A DNA stretch of 64,000 nucleotides from Raillietiella orientalis (lineage: Eukaryota). Below, one piece after another: positions 12,889-25,204 of this stretch. The notes beneath the pieces are model-generated. The model was not told the origin of the DNA and did no database searches. It saw nothing but the letters and a program-made list of their open reading frames with translations. A program made the position numbers and the translations under genes. Numbering within the stretch: position 1 is the stretch's first letter; each line of letters begins with the position of its first letter. The stretch is taken from NCBI GenBank assembly GCA_036172245.1, contig JAYWIR010000034.1:1860001-1924000 (forward strand). Direction: 5' to 3'.

Positions 12889-14056
12889 TATTGCGGATCT
12901 CCAGAAGTGCCATTGCTTTTATTTTATTTTATTTTTCGTTCTATATACATATATATTTTTTTTTTTTTAAAAAAAAGCTCCTCAAAGTAAACTCGAAACT
13001 CGAATTTCGAAAGCATCTTCGAGTGAGAGGATGAGATGTTTCGTTAGAAATGGCACCTCTTTTAGGAATGAAGAACGCCGAGAACTGAAAAGCCAAGCTG
13101 CTCATTCAGAGGTCTTCCGCTGTCGCAACTCCTCGAAGAGCGGGGCGGCGCGCGCGCTCTCCAGTCCCGTTCCTCTCCGACCACTCCTCTGTCGCAGAAT
13201 GGATGGTGCTCTCCGGCTCGCCTGCAGGAAGGTCCCAGGATCCCTTAGGGAAAGCGACTGCCGTGCTCTCTAGACGCGAGGGCTTCCTTGAGAAGCATCT
13301 TCCCGCCTCCGTCGGAACCGACATCGAAGGAAAGCACTTGTGGGAATCGATGTCCCGAAAGGCTCCTTGGGTGAAGGGGAGGGTAGCAAGAGGAAGCGAA
13401 AGAGGGTTGCTGGGAGCAGCGGCCGCAACGCCGGTGGTTAGCAAGAGATGAACCACTCTGGAGAGGAGGTTTGTCTGACGACCAGGGAGAGGAACCCTGA
13501 AAGACACCTGGCAACCAGGCATGCTGGGCGAAACTGGAAGAACAGGAGCGCAGGCATTCCCGGAGCAGCAACGGCCTGGATTCGGAAAGAGAGCTGCTGC
13601 TGAGTCCCAGCTCCCGACCCTTCAAGGGTCCATTCTCTGGTGGGGCCATCCGAAGAGCCTTGAAGAGCCCATCTCCTCGGTCCCCGAAAGGGTTCTGCCT
13701 CACGCAGAGGCGAGCTGCTAAAAGCGGCCGCCAGGGGTGCTGCAATTTCTTTTTCCTGCGTGCACAGAAAGCATCGACGGCACGAGGGAACCTCTGCGGA
13801 TGCCCAGAGGTCCTCGCTCCTCTCCCTTATGCTTCTCGTGGGGTGCGCGAATCTTTCCAGGACGTTCTGAGGGGACTGCGACTGCATCCCCTCAGCATGT
13901 GGCGATGGGGGCGCGGCGCGGGGTCGCGAAGCAGACCGCCCTTTTCCGACCTCAGTTTCTCCCTCTGCTCGCCTTGGAGGCCACTCTGCAAAGAGGGGGA
14001 GGAGGTAGGGAGGAGGTAGACCGGCAGTGCCGCAGCAACAGCAGCAGCGCTGGCAC

Positions 14057-17000
14057 TCACTGGTAGGGCCGGAGCAGGGTCGATGTGCTGCGCTCTGAAC
14101 AGTAGAGGCTGTTGCTGGCGTTGATATCGTTCCTCCTGCAGCACAGAATGGCGGCGTAACCCCCGCGGAAGGAGGAGCTTCTGAGGGCGTAGATGATGGG
14201 GGTGATGGCGGAGTTGATGTACCCGCACCAGTAGACCTGCGACGAGGTGCAATGAGGCCCTCGCGGATGAGAAAGGCGCCCCGGACCAGAAGTTTCATCT
14301 CCACTTCCCACGCCCCCACCTACCTCCCGCCCCCCGTTTTCAAGGAAAGGCGGGAGGAAAACCCTCGACCCTTGAAAAGGGGGGGGAAGAAAAAAACAGT
14401 AACCGAAGGGCACCCGGTGGAGGAAGCGGAGGGCGGGGCGTTTCATCCATCTCGCTTCCAGGGTGAGGGGCGAAAGAATTCGAAGGTGGGATTCGAGCAC
14501 GCGAGTGGAAAGGGAGCAGGAGCGGATGCCCTCACCATGGGGTGGGAGGTAAGATGGGTGGTAGGGAAGGAAGTGAGGTGAGAGGGTGCAGCCGGACTTT
14601 CGTCGTCCTTCCCCATTGGAGGATTCTTATAGAGTGTAGAAAAAGGACCATGGGTGGAGTCAGGGATCGGCTTGAGGACGATGATGCGGAGGCGAATGGC
14701 AGCTCGGAAGGGACTGGACACGCGGAGGGCAGGGAGAGGAGAGGAGAACGACCCCAGTTCAGAACCCATTCACGTCTTCTCGTGTTTTGGTCACGTCCCA
14801 CCTGGCACCCTCGTGTATCCTCCGTCCCCTCGACCCCTTCGGGTCGGGGCGAATTGTGACGAGCAGACATACAGGAATTTCCGTTTTCTTGGAGATGTCC
14901 GTGCTGGACTGCCGGAACTCTCGTCGATGTTCCAGGTCGTCCCTCTTCCAGCTCTGCCCCTCCCGTCCCTCCCCACCGTTCTTTCGCGTTCCTCCTCCTC
15001 CAGCAGGGCTGCCGCGCCCCCTCGCCTCGCGGGCTCGCAGGAGCGATCCGCCAGGGATGTTCTCACCGCACCCCTACGGAGGCCGCGGGGAGCTCCTTGA
15101 CTCGCGACTCCGCACCCGCCGGGGTCTCGAGACTCCCAGGACCACGGCCGAACAGCTCCCGTTCTGCCATCGCCTCCTCCCAGAGCACCGTCCCGAGAGT
15201 TTCCTGCGGATCGCCGGCTCTCCTGGCAGCCACCTGGGCTTGCGTAGTCTCCCGTCCCAGTGGGTCGCCAAGCGGCAGCGTCGGCTCCCTCCCGTGACCG
15301 CCGCTTTTCGACCGATGCGGTCGTCTCCGGAGACCCCTCGAAGGAGGTGGAACCGGGGAGCAGGAGCAGGCAGGAGCGGAGAACCTCAGCAGGAAGCTGA
15401 GGTCCTTCGCAGTTTCCTGATACGGGTTCTGAGTGCGCCTCGGACTCAGAAAACGCCCTCTCCCCTTCCTTCTGCCCTCGAAGAGGGGTAGCGCCTTTCC
15501 TGCCACTCCGTCCTTCCAAGATCTCAGCTTTCTTCAACTAAGGTAGTCGTTTGGACTTTTCCTGGATCTCCTTAGCTCCCCTCCTCTTCTCTCCTTCCTC
15601 CTCTTGCTCCTCCTTCTCCCTCCTCTCTTGCATTCCTTTTAGTCTCTGTGGGCCTCATTCAACTCACCGCCTACCTACTTGAGGAAGGCCTTGCTCCAGC
15701 CCTCATTAGAGACGTTCATCATCCCTCGAGAAGAAAGGGTTGGTGCGCAAAGCGTCCGAGGACTCATTTGCTGCAAGAACAGGGGAAAGGAGCAAGCGAT
15801 GTCATGGGCCCAAGGAGGCTTGCGCCCGTGGCAGGAGGATCGCTGCCGACATTCGGCATCAGCCCACCAGAGGGTGGAAGAAGGTGTACTCCACGTTATT
15901 GCTCTTCTGGGAACGTAGAAGCTGGTACTTCGCGGGTCCGGGAATGCAGTAAAGCGTTGTAGGGAGCGGCCCCTCCATTTCATAGAGGCGTTCGGGGAAC
16001 GGAGAATGGGCAAGGAGGAGGGGGAGAGAAGAGGAGGCTGCCTCATGCACGTGTCCCGTCGAGCCGGCATGGGGGAAGGAAGGGGAGGACCTTCCCCAGG
16101 GAAGGCTGAGAGGAGGACGGCGGGAGAGGAGAACAGGCATTCAGTCCTCTTGGGAGCGCCTTCTCGACCAGCCGTCGCGGTAAAGGTTAGACTGGGTTGG
16201 CTGCCTCGGTAACGGAGATCGGGGCAACGGGCTTGGGAGGGGAAGCGATTGGGGAAGAAGAGGGTATGAGGAGGCTGCGGATGGGCTTCTACATACCACC
16301 GGATTGGCGATGGGGTAGACGGACGCTTCCCTCACGGTCAGCCAGATGGAGTAAGCGATGTAGGGCGCCCAACACACCAGGAACACCGCCATGACGATGA
16401 CCAGGGTGATGGCGATGCGCTTTTGCTGGACCACCGTCCTCCCGCTGTCCATGTTGGTGTTGGCGCGCATCCTGGAAGGTGATGAGGCAAAGGAGGGTGA
16501 GGTCTGCGCCCTCCCCATCCCCCATCCCTCCTCCCGGCTCACCTCCTCAGATGGGCGTGTACCTTCCTGAAGATGGTGGTGTAGCACGCGCCCATGACGA
16601 CCAGAGGGATCAGAAAGTTGAAGAGGGTGTTACAGAGGGAGTGGACGTACTGCCTGGAGTTCCTGGGGACGCTGGGCCCGCACTGAGTGGACCCCCTCTT
16701 GTATAGGATCTGCGGGAGGGGACAGGGCTCTCCTGCACGTCCGGAGCGGGGAGCGCCTTACCCCAGGGGGCGGGATCGAGAGAAGCATCCAAGGGACCGC
16801 CTTTATCCCTACTTGGCTTCTTCGGAGGGACAGAGGCTTCATCCCTGCCCTTCTCCGAGCGCTCCCGCCCTCGAGGGAAGGTCGCCCGCCCGGATCAGGA
16901 AAGAGGCTCACCTCGGTCCAGCCGAAGAGTGGGGACAGGTTGTAGGCCACGGGCCATCCCCAGGCGAAGACCAGGGTGAGGGCGATCTGCTTCTTGGTGA

Positions 17001-18369
17001 AGGGTCGGCTCAGGGGCCTGCTGATGGAGAGGCACTTCTGGACGCTGGAAGGCGCGCGGCGGAGTAAGCAAGCGCCCACTCGGGATGTTCATCTCCGGAC
17101 GCAACCTGCCTCCCCCCCCCCTGGATGCTGGCCCAGGCAGGCGGTAGGGAGGGGATAGGAGCTCCCCGCTCCTTCCGGGTCCAGGAGAAGAGGGCTTGAA
17201 GGACGACCCCCTCTTTCGCAGGTTCTTTGCCTCGTCGCTCCGACCCCGGGGAGTCCTGCTGCTTCCCGGGAGGGGCCCAGCCAGCGACCGGGAGCCCTCT
17301 TTGGCCCTCAGGGGAACCGGAGAGTTCTCCTCTCCTCTATTCCCGCCTTGCGAGAGGCTCCCTCGCCACCGCTTTCCTTCTTCGTAAGCGGGAGCCACCT
17401 CCCTCGTCTTCTCGGGCCAAGAAGGAGCATCCCGTCCGCGGGGGAGGGGCCGCGGAGGGGTGGATCGAGTTGCCTCCCCAATACCTCCAGATGAGTCTCG
17501 AGAACCCTGGTCCGGGTAGGGGAGCAGCTGGGAGGAAAGTTCTCGTTCGCGCCCCCTGCCCTGCGGGTGGGCGCGACATCACGGAGCCTGGCGGTGACCT
17601 TGGCTGTCCAGGAGACCCCCAAGGCGGAGGCCGGTGCCCGGGGGGAGAGAAGGGGACGGGGTCAGCGCGCCAAGGCCGAGCCGCTGGAAGGGCAGGACCA
17701 CAGAATTCGAAAGCGAGGTCAAGCGGCGGCCGCCCCCAGGGTGAGTGGCAGGAAGCGAAAGGGCGGGCAGAGACAAAGGGAGGGGAGGGGTCAAGGCGGA
17801 CCTGCAAGGGAGAAAGGGGGGAGACCGCGGGAACAGCAGGGGACGGGGAGGGGAGAAAGGGGGCGAAAGTGGGGAGAAAGGGGCGACGGGAGGAGCGGAA
17901 AAAGCAGCAGGTGGGCAAGGTCGCGCAGGCGTAATAGGGCGAGAAGAAAGGCTAGGGAGAGGAACCCAACCACCCACTCCACCCCCCCTTACCTCATCCA
18001 CATGAGAGTGTGGATGGACGCCATGAAGGTCAGCCCCACCATGAAGGCGTTCACGTAGCAGAAGGCGCCGCCCAGCACCCACGTGCCCATGACGATGGTG
18101 GTCAGGGCCACGGGCATGGTGCAGAGGGCGGTCAGGAGGTTGGCGACGCTCAGGCTGGCTAGGAAGAGGTTCGTCCCGGTTCGCATCGCCCGGCGCTTCC
18201 AGATGATGGCGATGACCATTGCGTTCCCGACCACCGCCAGGACGATGATGACCGCCATGATGAAGGCCATGGCGGTCACGAACAGGGGCGGGAAGCGGTA
18301 GACGGCGTAGCCAGAAGGGGTAGCAGGCCCAGCCTCCCCTTCCGACTCTCCTTCCGCGACGGTCGCCAT
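14057..18369 (-). CDS. Class A (rhodopsin-like) orphan G-protein coupled receptor
   Basis: Phase-consistent exons 18369-17993, 17044-16912, 16709-16543, 16471-16297 and 14236-14057/14061 encode seven TM helices. TM1 VVGNAMVI, TM2 NLFLASLSVAN, ECL1 WVLGGAFC, TM3 end SIHTLMWMSVQKCLSISRPL, TM4 W, ECL2 TQCGP, TM5 FLIPLVVMGACY, TM6 FLVCWAPY, TM7 YINSAITPIIY, helix 8 FRGGY plus CC. The C-terminus either stops at 14057 or splices at the gtgagt donor at 14060. Confidence 0.92.
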
Positions 18370-21300
18370 GCCGCGGGACGGTAGCCAGGGGGGGGGAGGA
18401 GGGGGCGAGAAGGGGTCGCCGCTGCGCCCGGGACGAGGCTGCGAGCTCATCGCGCGCTCGGCCCGCACTGCTCGCGCCAACAGGCGTGCGGGGAGGGTGC
18501 TGCCTCTGGAAGTACAGGCGCTCCCCCCCCTCCTCCTCTTCCCGTTCCGCCCCTTCCTCTCGGAGGAGGAAAGGCGAGCAGCCGCTTCCCGGAGTCTTCC
18601 TTCCCCCGGGGACGGCCGTCCCGCGTCTCCGGACGTTCGGGAGCGGAGGCGGGGGGGGAGATGTGCGCGGTCCTGGAGGGGAGGAAGCTGCGGCCGTGGA
18701 AACCGGGAGGAACGGAGGAACCTCCTCTTCTTCTTCTCGGATGGGCGCCGCGTCCCCTCCGACCATGCAGCCCCGGATAGGGCAAGGGCAGTCCTCCCCC
18801 TCCATTCGTCCCGTTCCGCAGCCCTGCACCCGGAAGGAGGGAGGGAGCTGTCCGGCGAGGCAGGACGCATTCCCCGCTGCGGCCCCACTCGGATACCGCT
18901 GTCCTCCCCCTGATCGGAGTCGCACTCCTCCCTCCTTAGGGAGAAGCCGACCCCTTCCCCCTGGCTCCTCCCTCTTGCAGGGGCCGCCCCAAATTCAGGG
19001 GAGAAGGGAGTGCGCTCCTCCCCTCGCTCCGAGGGGGGATTCCCCCCCTCAGGGGGAGGAGGAGAGCGGTGTTCCTGAACCCGAATCGGGTGCCGAAGCA
19101 CCCACAGGCGGGAGCCTCCGGGATGGCGCCAACGCGGAGGTGGTCACGGCGGTAAGAGAGGTGAAGACCTCCTCCGCCCCTTCTCCTGTGGGGCAGAGGA
19201 GGGTCCTGGATCTCCCTGCGTACGCTCGGGTGCCCCCGTTCTTCGATCGGGCTGGCAGGCTGCCCGGCGGTGGGTCGGCGGCTACTTGTCCAATAGGTGG
19301 CCGAGGCCACGGGCTACCCAAGGTGCTGCCGCTGCCGCCGCCGCCGCCGCGACGGGCGGCCCGAGCCGCGCAACCCCGGGGTCGGGTGCGAAAGAGGCGA
19401 GCGAGCGCATGGGAAGGGGAGGAGCCGCCGCGCGTCTCCGCCGCTCCCAAGAGCCCGGGAGAGTCGTTACCCACGGAGACGTCTTCCGAAATAGGCAGGT
19501 TGCCTGTTGCCAGGCGACGCGCTCGTTCGCCCGGAGGGGGAGGACGGGCGGAGGCGGCTCCTCGGCAAGTCGCGGAGGATTTCCGCCCTCGGAGTTGGCG
19601 GTTGCCCGCAAGGGCGCTTTCGGGGCCCGCCGTCCTCGCTCGGAGGGACGGGGGTCGCTCATTTGGACTGCGCCCAAGCGTGGAGCGGTTCAAAGGGAGC
19701 AGGAGGGAGGAGAGAAGGCAGAGTGGAGATGGCCGTGCGCCTCCGGGTCGCCCGCGGGTGTTCCCCTCTTACGTGAGCCCTCCGAAAGCCGGGAGCCTGT
19801 TCCGGAAGAGCGCCTCTGGGTGCCCGAGGGAGCGTCGGCGGGGAAGGGAACGCTCTTGCCGGAGCGCCGGGAAAAGCTACCGGGGACGAAGGAGCAGCAG
19901 CTCGTCCCGCCCACACACAGACCCGCGTCTAGTTTCGGAGGGGAGGGGGCGCAGACCCAAAGAGGGCATGGTCTGCGGCGTCTCCGGTGTCCACAGCACC
20001 GTGGCGGCGTTCGGCCGCGAGAGCAGCAGCACCGCGAACGTTGCCATGACGATCGCTAAGCCGAGACAGGCTTACGTCACCGGAGGCGCGCAAGCGCGGG
20101 ACTCGCGGATCCACGCCGAGCCTGTTTGCACGTCTCCCCTCCCCTCCTCCCTCTTCCGTTCTTTTTTTCCTTTTTTGCTGTTGTTTTTTTGCTTTTCCCC
20201 ACTCCTCCACTCCCCCTCCCCTTTTTTTACACCCCTCTTCCTCTCCGAGCTCTCGAAGCGGCAAGAGCGGAGGGTCGTCGTCGCATACGGAGACGTCCGC
20301 CTTCTTCCTCTTGGAAGCTGGGAGGACGCCGGCGGATCGCGGCCGCTTCCCTGCGTCGTCGTCGAGTGCTCAGGTCGAGCGCCAATCGCTCGAGCGCTCG
20401 TGCGAGCGGGAGGTACCACCGAACCCTCGGCTGGGGAAGCCAGGGGTTCGGTCTCCCACATAGCACGCCGCCCGGAAACGAGGCGCCCCCCGGGTCGACT
20501 CTTCCCCTGAAGGGATGGCAACGGCAGAGAAGCAGTCTGGATCCTCGCGAGGCGAGGAGCGTCCAGACGAACAACCCCCCTGCCATCTTTGCTCCCTTCC
20601 TGCAGAGAGGCAGCCGTGCTGAGCGGGAACCGGTTCCTGCCGTGGGAGGGGAGCGACGCACGCAGGAGGGCAGGGGTGCGTTGGGAGGAATGGAGAGGAG
20701 CCTCGCCGCCGCCTCCTGTCTGCCCCTGCGGGTGGCTCCCTCTCTGCCCCGGTGGGTCGCCTCCGGGCCGAAGATTCCTGCACGTGCCCCCCAGGCGTCG
20801 CTGGGAGCTCGGGAGGGGAAGCAGCATCGCGTCGCCATCTCGCGCTCCTCTTGCTCATCCCGGCGATGCGTCGTCGTCAGCTGCGACTCTCGAAGGGTCC
20901 GCGAGCGCAGCCTCTCGCGGATCGCCCTCGCTAAGCTCTCCGCCTGGAGGGAGAACGGAGCGAAAGAAAGCGGTGGCAGTGGGGGAGGGAAACCCTGTTT
21001 TTGTCGTTTCGTGTTGTGTTGTTCGAAGCAAAGGACCAGAGGCGCTCTGAGATGAGGTGGGCAGCATCTTGGAGCAGAGTCGCTGTCCGAAGGTGGAACC
21101 GCTCTCCACAAAAGAGGGGAGGAGGAGGAGAGGGGGGCGCAAGGAAGAGGAAGGGAAGCCGCCTCACTCGCTGGAGGGACGCGTTTCTCCTTCCATGAAA
21201 ACAAGGAAAGCGAAAGATCTCTTAGTCGGAGGCGACTGACGTCCTTCTCTCGCGTCGGGTGATCGTGGGAAGGCAGGCGCACCCACCTCTCCGCACCTCG

Positions 21301-22451
21301 AGGCTGCTGGAAGGAGGGGAGGAGGAGGGGGAAGGTGAAGGAGGAAAGGAAGTCGCGTACCGCGCCTCACATCCTGGGACGGCCGCGTGCGCAGGGCTTG
21401 ACGGGCTGGAGCTCCACGTGCAACCCGTCACTCCCACGAGCGCACAGCCGTCCCGGGAATTTCGTACGGAAGTCGCCAGAAGGCACTGTCCTCTCCTCAA
21501 CCGCTCGAAGGCACCGTATTCCGCGCCCACAAACAAGAGCTCCCCTCGATTGGTACTCGAGAGTGTCCTCCTAGGGCACAAGCAAGACCCCCATTTGTTG
21601 TCATTCAGCTATTACTCCCATTGTTGCCGTTGTTGCGAGGGAGGCATCCTGGCAGAGAATTGCCATGACATCGATCGCGTTGTTGCCCGACTTCACTGTT
21701 GCAAGCTATGCTCTCATTGTTTTTTTTTTCCCGTGTGTGCTTCTTTTGCTGTGCCCTGACCGTTGCTGCTAATTTCTGCTCCTAAAGAGGAGCATTTCTG
21801 CGTGCAGCAGCTACGAACTCTTCCAGCAGACTCTTCTTTCATTCACAACGGTCAGGACCCTCTAGCAGAGGCTACCTCTGCTAGAGAGATCAGCAGTCAG
21901 AGGACTTTTTTGATTGGCTGCCCGTGTAATAGATGAATGCGTCGATTCTTCGGGGCCATCACTCACTTGGGAGGAAGAGTGAGTCCCTTCCAGGAGACGA
22001 GGCCATCGCGACGAGTTATGCGCTTCTCCCCTTTCCTGACTGGCAGCGTTGCAGGTCGGTGCGAGGGCTCCCGTAGGTGCCATCAATTAATGCCCTTCGA
22101 ACCTTCGAAATGCGCAGTTAGCGTGTTTTCTCCCTCTCTCCTGCTTCGTACCCGGTGCATGGGGATGTTTTTGTCTGCTCGCTCTAGCTGCGAGCCCTGG
22201 ACGGAACGGAGCGTCCCCAGCTCATCAACGTCCGGCTCTTTCCCCCAGCCACTGCCACCACCGTAGCCTGGTTGCGGTTTCAAGTGCTCAGGCAGCTGAG
22301 CCCCTCCACAGTGAGTGACTGCTGGAGGCGCTGCTGCTCTCAGCAAATTCGCCTATCTGCTTGGCTCCTTCGCCACGCACGTCGAATGCACGCCGAATGC
22401 CGAAGCAGCGGTCCTATCGACCCGAATGCGACTCGTTGCATTTTTGAAACT

Positions 22452-22457
22452 TTTATT
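22452..22457 (-). terminator. Polyadenylation signal of the APxASYS-repeat gene
   Basis: AATAAA on the minus strand about 80 nt downstream of the TGA at 22539-22541. Confidence 0.6.
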
Positions 22458-22538
22458 TTAGTTTTTCAAGAAAGGAAAAGTTACAAGACGCTTATGGAAT
22501 TGAAGAAGTTCCTGTGGTCACCACAGTTGAGTCCATCC

Positions 22539-23908
22539 TCAGCCATAGGTAGTCAGTGGAGCCTCGTAGGTTTCTGCGGGTGCGCTGTAAGAGGCAGCTG
22601 GGGCGCTGTAGGAGGCGGATGGAGCACTGTACGAAGCAGCTGGGGCGCTGTAGGAGGCGGATGGCGCACTGTACGAAGCAGCTGGGGCGCTGTAGGAGGC
22701 GGATGGCGCACTGTACGAAGCAGCTGGAGCGCTGTAGGAGGCGGCTGGAGCACTGTACGAAGCAGCTGGGGCGCTGTAGGAGGCGGCTGGAGCACTGTAC
22801 GAAGCAGCTGGGGCGCTGTAGGAGGCGGATGGAGCACTGTACGAAGCAGCTGGGGCGCTGTAGGAGGCGGATGGCGCACTGTACGAAGCAGCTGGGGCGC
22901 TGTAGGAGGCGGATGGCGCACTGTACGAAGCAGCTGGGGCGCTGTAGCTTGCTGATGGCGCGCTGTAGGAAGCGGCCGGTGCGCTGTAGGAGGCGGATGG
23001 TGCGCTGTAGGAGGCGGATGGCGCGCTGTAGCTTGCTGATGGCGCGCTGTAGGAGGCGGCCGGTGCGCTGTAGGAGGCGGATGGCGCGCTGTAGGAGGCG
23101 GATGGTGCGCTGTAGGAGGCGAATGGCGCACTGTAGGAGGCGGATGGCGCGCTGTAGCTTGCTGATGGCGCGCTGTAGGAGGCGGATGGCGCGCTGTATG
23201 TGGCAGCTGGTGCGGCAGCTACTCGTCGTGCAAAGCCGGCTGCCGGCGCTCTGTAGCTGGCTGATGGCGCCGAGTAAGAAGAAGAAGGACGTCCTGCTCT
23301 GCGTGCAAAGGTGTTAGCTGGCGCAGCGGCGGGCGCTGAATAGGACGAGGAAGGGGCGGAGTATCTCCTGGCTCCGCGGACCCCAGCGCCGTAGACTCCT
23401 TGCTCTGGAATGGGATCCACTTGTCAGGAGACGCCAGGTAGCAAGCGCTCGCGCTCGTCCGCAAGACATCCTCAACGTTCGCCTTGGCGCCTTTCCCCGC
23501 TCACCCTCTGCGTTCTCCCTACTCCGGGACGGGGAGCCGACCTTTGCTTCAGGAACGGGAAAAGGAGGTTCACGCAAAGATCTCCCATCCCACCTTTCTT
23601 GAACGGCTGCTGCTGCTCGAGACCGCAGGATCGGAGTAGCGGTTTCCTGCTGTTTCACGGCGCCGTCCGCCCCGCTGCCCCCGCGAAGACAAGACGAGAG
23701 AGAACCTCCGGGTCGCGCTCCCGAGAGTCTCAGGGAGCACGTCCCGGAGGGGGAGCTGGATTCCCTCGTGACGACCCCGAGGTCCTGCGGGGGAGGCACC
23801 CGCTCGCAGTACTAACCTCGGCGGCGAATGCGCGCAGCAGCGTGGGGCGGCGCAGCCCCAGAGCTCACCTGCCAGGCTGAGGCATAGCAACAGCAGCACC
23901 ATCTTCAT
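22539..23908 (-). CDS. Secreted Ala/Pro/Ser/Tyr-rich repeat protein (cuticle/structural-type, no chitin-binding RR domain seen)
   Basis: Signal-peptide exon 23908-23869 (MKMVLLLLCLSLA, phase-1 G|gtgagc; alternative ATG at 23926). Main exon ~23419-22539 (VDPIPEQGVYGAG...(APxASYS)n...ETYEAPLTTYG*). A possible intermediate exon lies near 23784-23706. TATA-like AATAAATA at 24007-24014 and a polyA signal are present. Confidence 0.82.
22582..23212 (-). repeat. Coding tandem repeat, 21-nt unit (APSASYS/APAASYS), about 30 copies
   Basis: Read directly in DNA and translation. A 42-nt dimer periodicity is visible at ~22590-22940. Confidence 0.95.
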
Positions 23909-24997
23909 CCTCGTGTCGAAGAGCATGTTGACCTCCTTGGCGATCCCTAGTCACGTCCTTGCACGTTCGTCCCGACTCGATTGTCCCGTGACCCCTTTTC
24001 GTCTCGTATTTATTGTGGCGGCCCACGCCGGAGAGGGAAACACATGACGCGCCAGGAATTCCCCGCAGCCTGCGCGCGCCGCCAGAGAGAAAGCGCCGAA
24101 AGGGCGCGGGCTGTTTGTCTGAGAGGGCGCTCGGACACTCCCACGAACGGCCTTCCAGGTCGAGGACGCGCGGGCGCCGTGGGTTGCAACGCCGCCCCAG
24201 CCTCCCGGAGCGCGCAGAACGCGTTCCGCCCGTCTCGTAGGGTACGACGCAATGAGTGCGCAGACCCGCCCCCCCTCTCAAAGGGCACGAGCGCCTGCGG
24301 TTCCTTACATATCCCGAGAAGCTGAACCCAAGCCCCTGGAGAGCGGATCCAGGGAGGGGCGTTGCCTAAGGCTTCTCAGAGGGAGAAGAGCCCTCCCTTT
24401 ACCCGGGTCGTACCGTGCAGGGGGCATCTCCTCCCCCGGTGCCCGTTCCAGAAAACTGGTTCGTGGGCAATTTTTGCGCTCGAGTTCTCCCGTCGACGCG
24501 CTGATCCCAGACGGCGCTCTCTCCTACCTTACACGCGCACAGGAGGACCGCCTCCCTGAACCCAGTGGATGGCCGAGGCAGTCGGGGAAAGGGACAAGCC
24601 GCTTCCCGCGGCAGCGACGGCCGGCTAGTCGCCAGGAGACGGTCCGTCCGTTCGCCCGGCAGGAAGACTCGCCCTACCCTCCCTCCTCTCGGCCAACGCG
24701 CGCAGCCCGGCGCCTCCCGCCTGTCCGGGAGCGAAACCCCGCCCGCAGGGGGTAGGAAGCCTCCGGGACCCATTGCGAGGAAAGGGGTCGGGGGAACGCG
24801 CCCACCACCGTCCGTCCTGGGCCCTCACCGTGGTTACGCGGGTCCCACGCCTCTGCCCGAAGGCGCCCCTCTCCCTACGGATGCGACGGAAGCAGGGCAC
24901 AGGGAGGGGCCGGCAGGAGCAGACCGGGACGCGCGGGCGGCGCCCGGTTGGCCGACCCGGACTCAGCCCTGGCGTCTCGTCTCCAGCACGCGCTCAG

Positions 24998-25003
24998 TTT
25001 ATT
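24998..25003 (-). terminator. Polyadenylation signal of the acidic/basic block protein gene
   Basis: AATAAA on the minus strand about 200 nt downstream of the stop at 25205, in otherwise GC-rich DNA. Confidence 0.55.
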
Positions 25004-25204
25004 GGAGTTCCCGCGGGCGCCGGGCGAAGGCTGCCCCCGCCTCGAGGAATCCAGGAAGGCCCCCGGGCAGCGCGCTCTCCTGAGAGTGCGGCGGATGATT
25101 CCTGGGCGGGTGCCGCCGCGGGCCTAGGCGGCGTTCCAGGGAGGAGAGTGGCGTCGCGCGCGGCTGCTGCTTCTGGGATGGGCGTCCCGCGCCCGGCTGA
25201 GTCC

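Noticed and set aside
16474..16562. Alternative GPCR junction using AAG|gtacac (16562) and gcgcag (~16504)
   Set aside because: The AG|gtgagc donor (16542) with the ttccag acceptor (16472) is stronger and gives a typical basic ICL3 start (IFRKVHAHLRRMRANTN).
18486..20510. 674-aa plus-strand ORF and similar 250-450-aa ORFs at 17.5-21, 29.9-32.5 and 37.2-39.4 kb
   Set aside because: Arg/Pro/Gly/Ala-rich translations open in several frames at once are expected in very GC-rich DNA. No domains, codon bias or splice logic were seen.
22272..23317. Plus-strand and alternate-frame repetitive ORFs (WGAVGGGWSTVRSS; RCRRRMAHCTKQLG; HPPPTAPQLLRTV)
   Set aside because: These are shadows of the 21-nt coding repeat. 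Only the APxASYS frame has a signal exon, a stop with polyA signal, and variation concentrated at synonymous positions.
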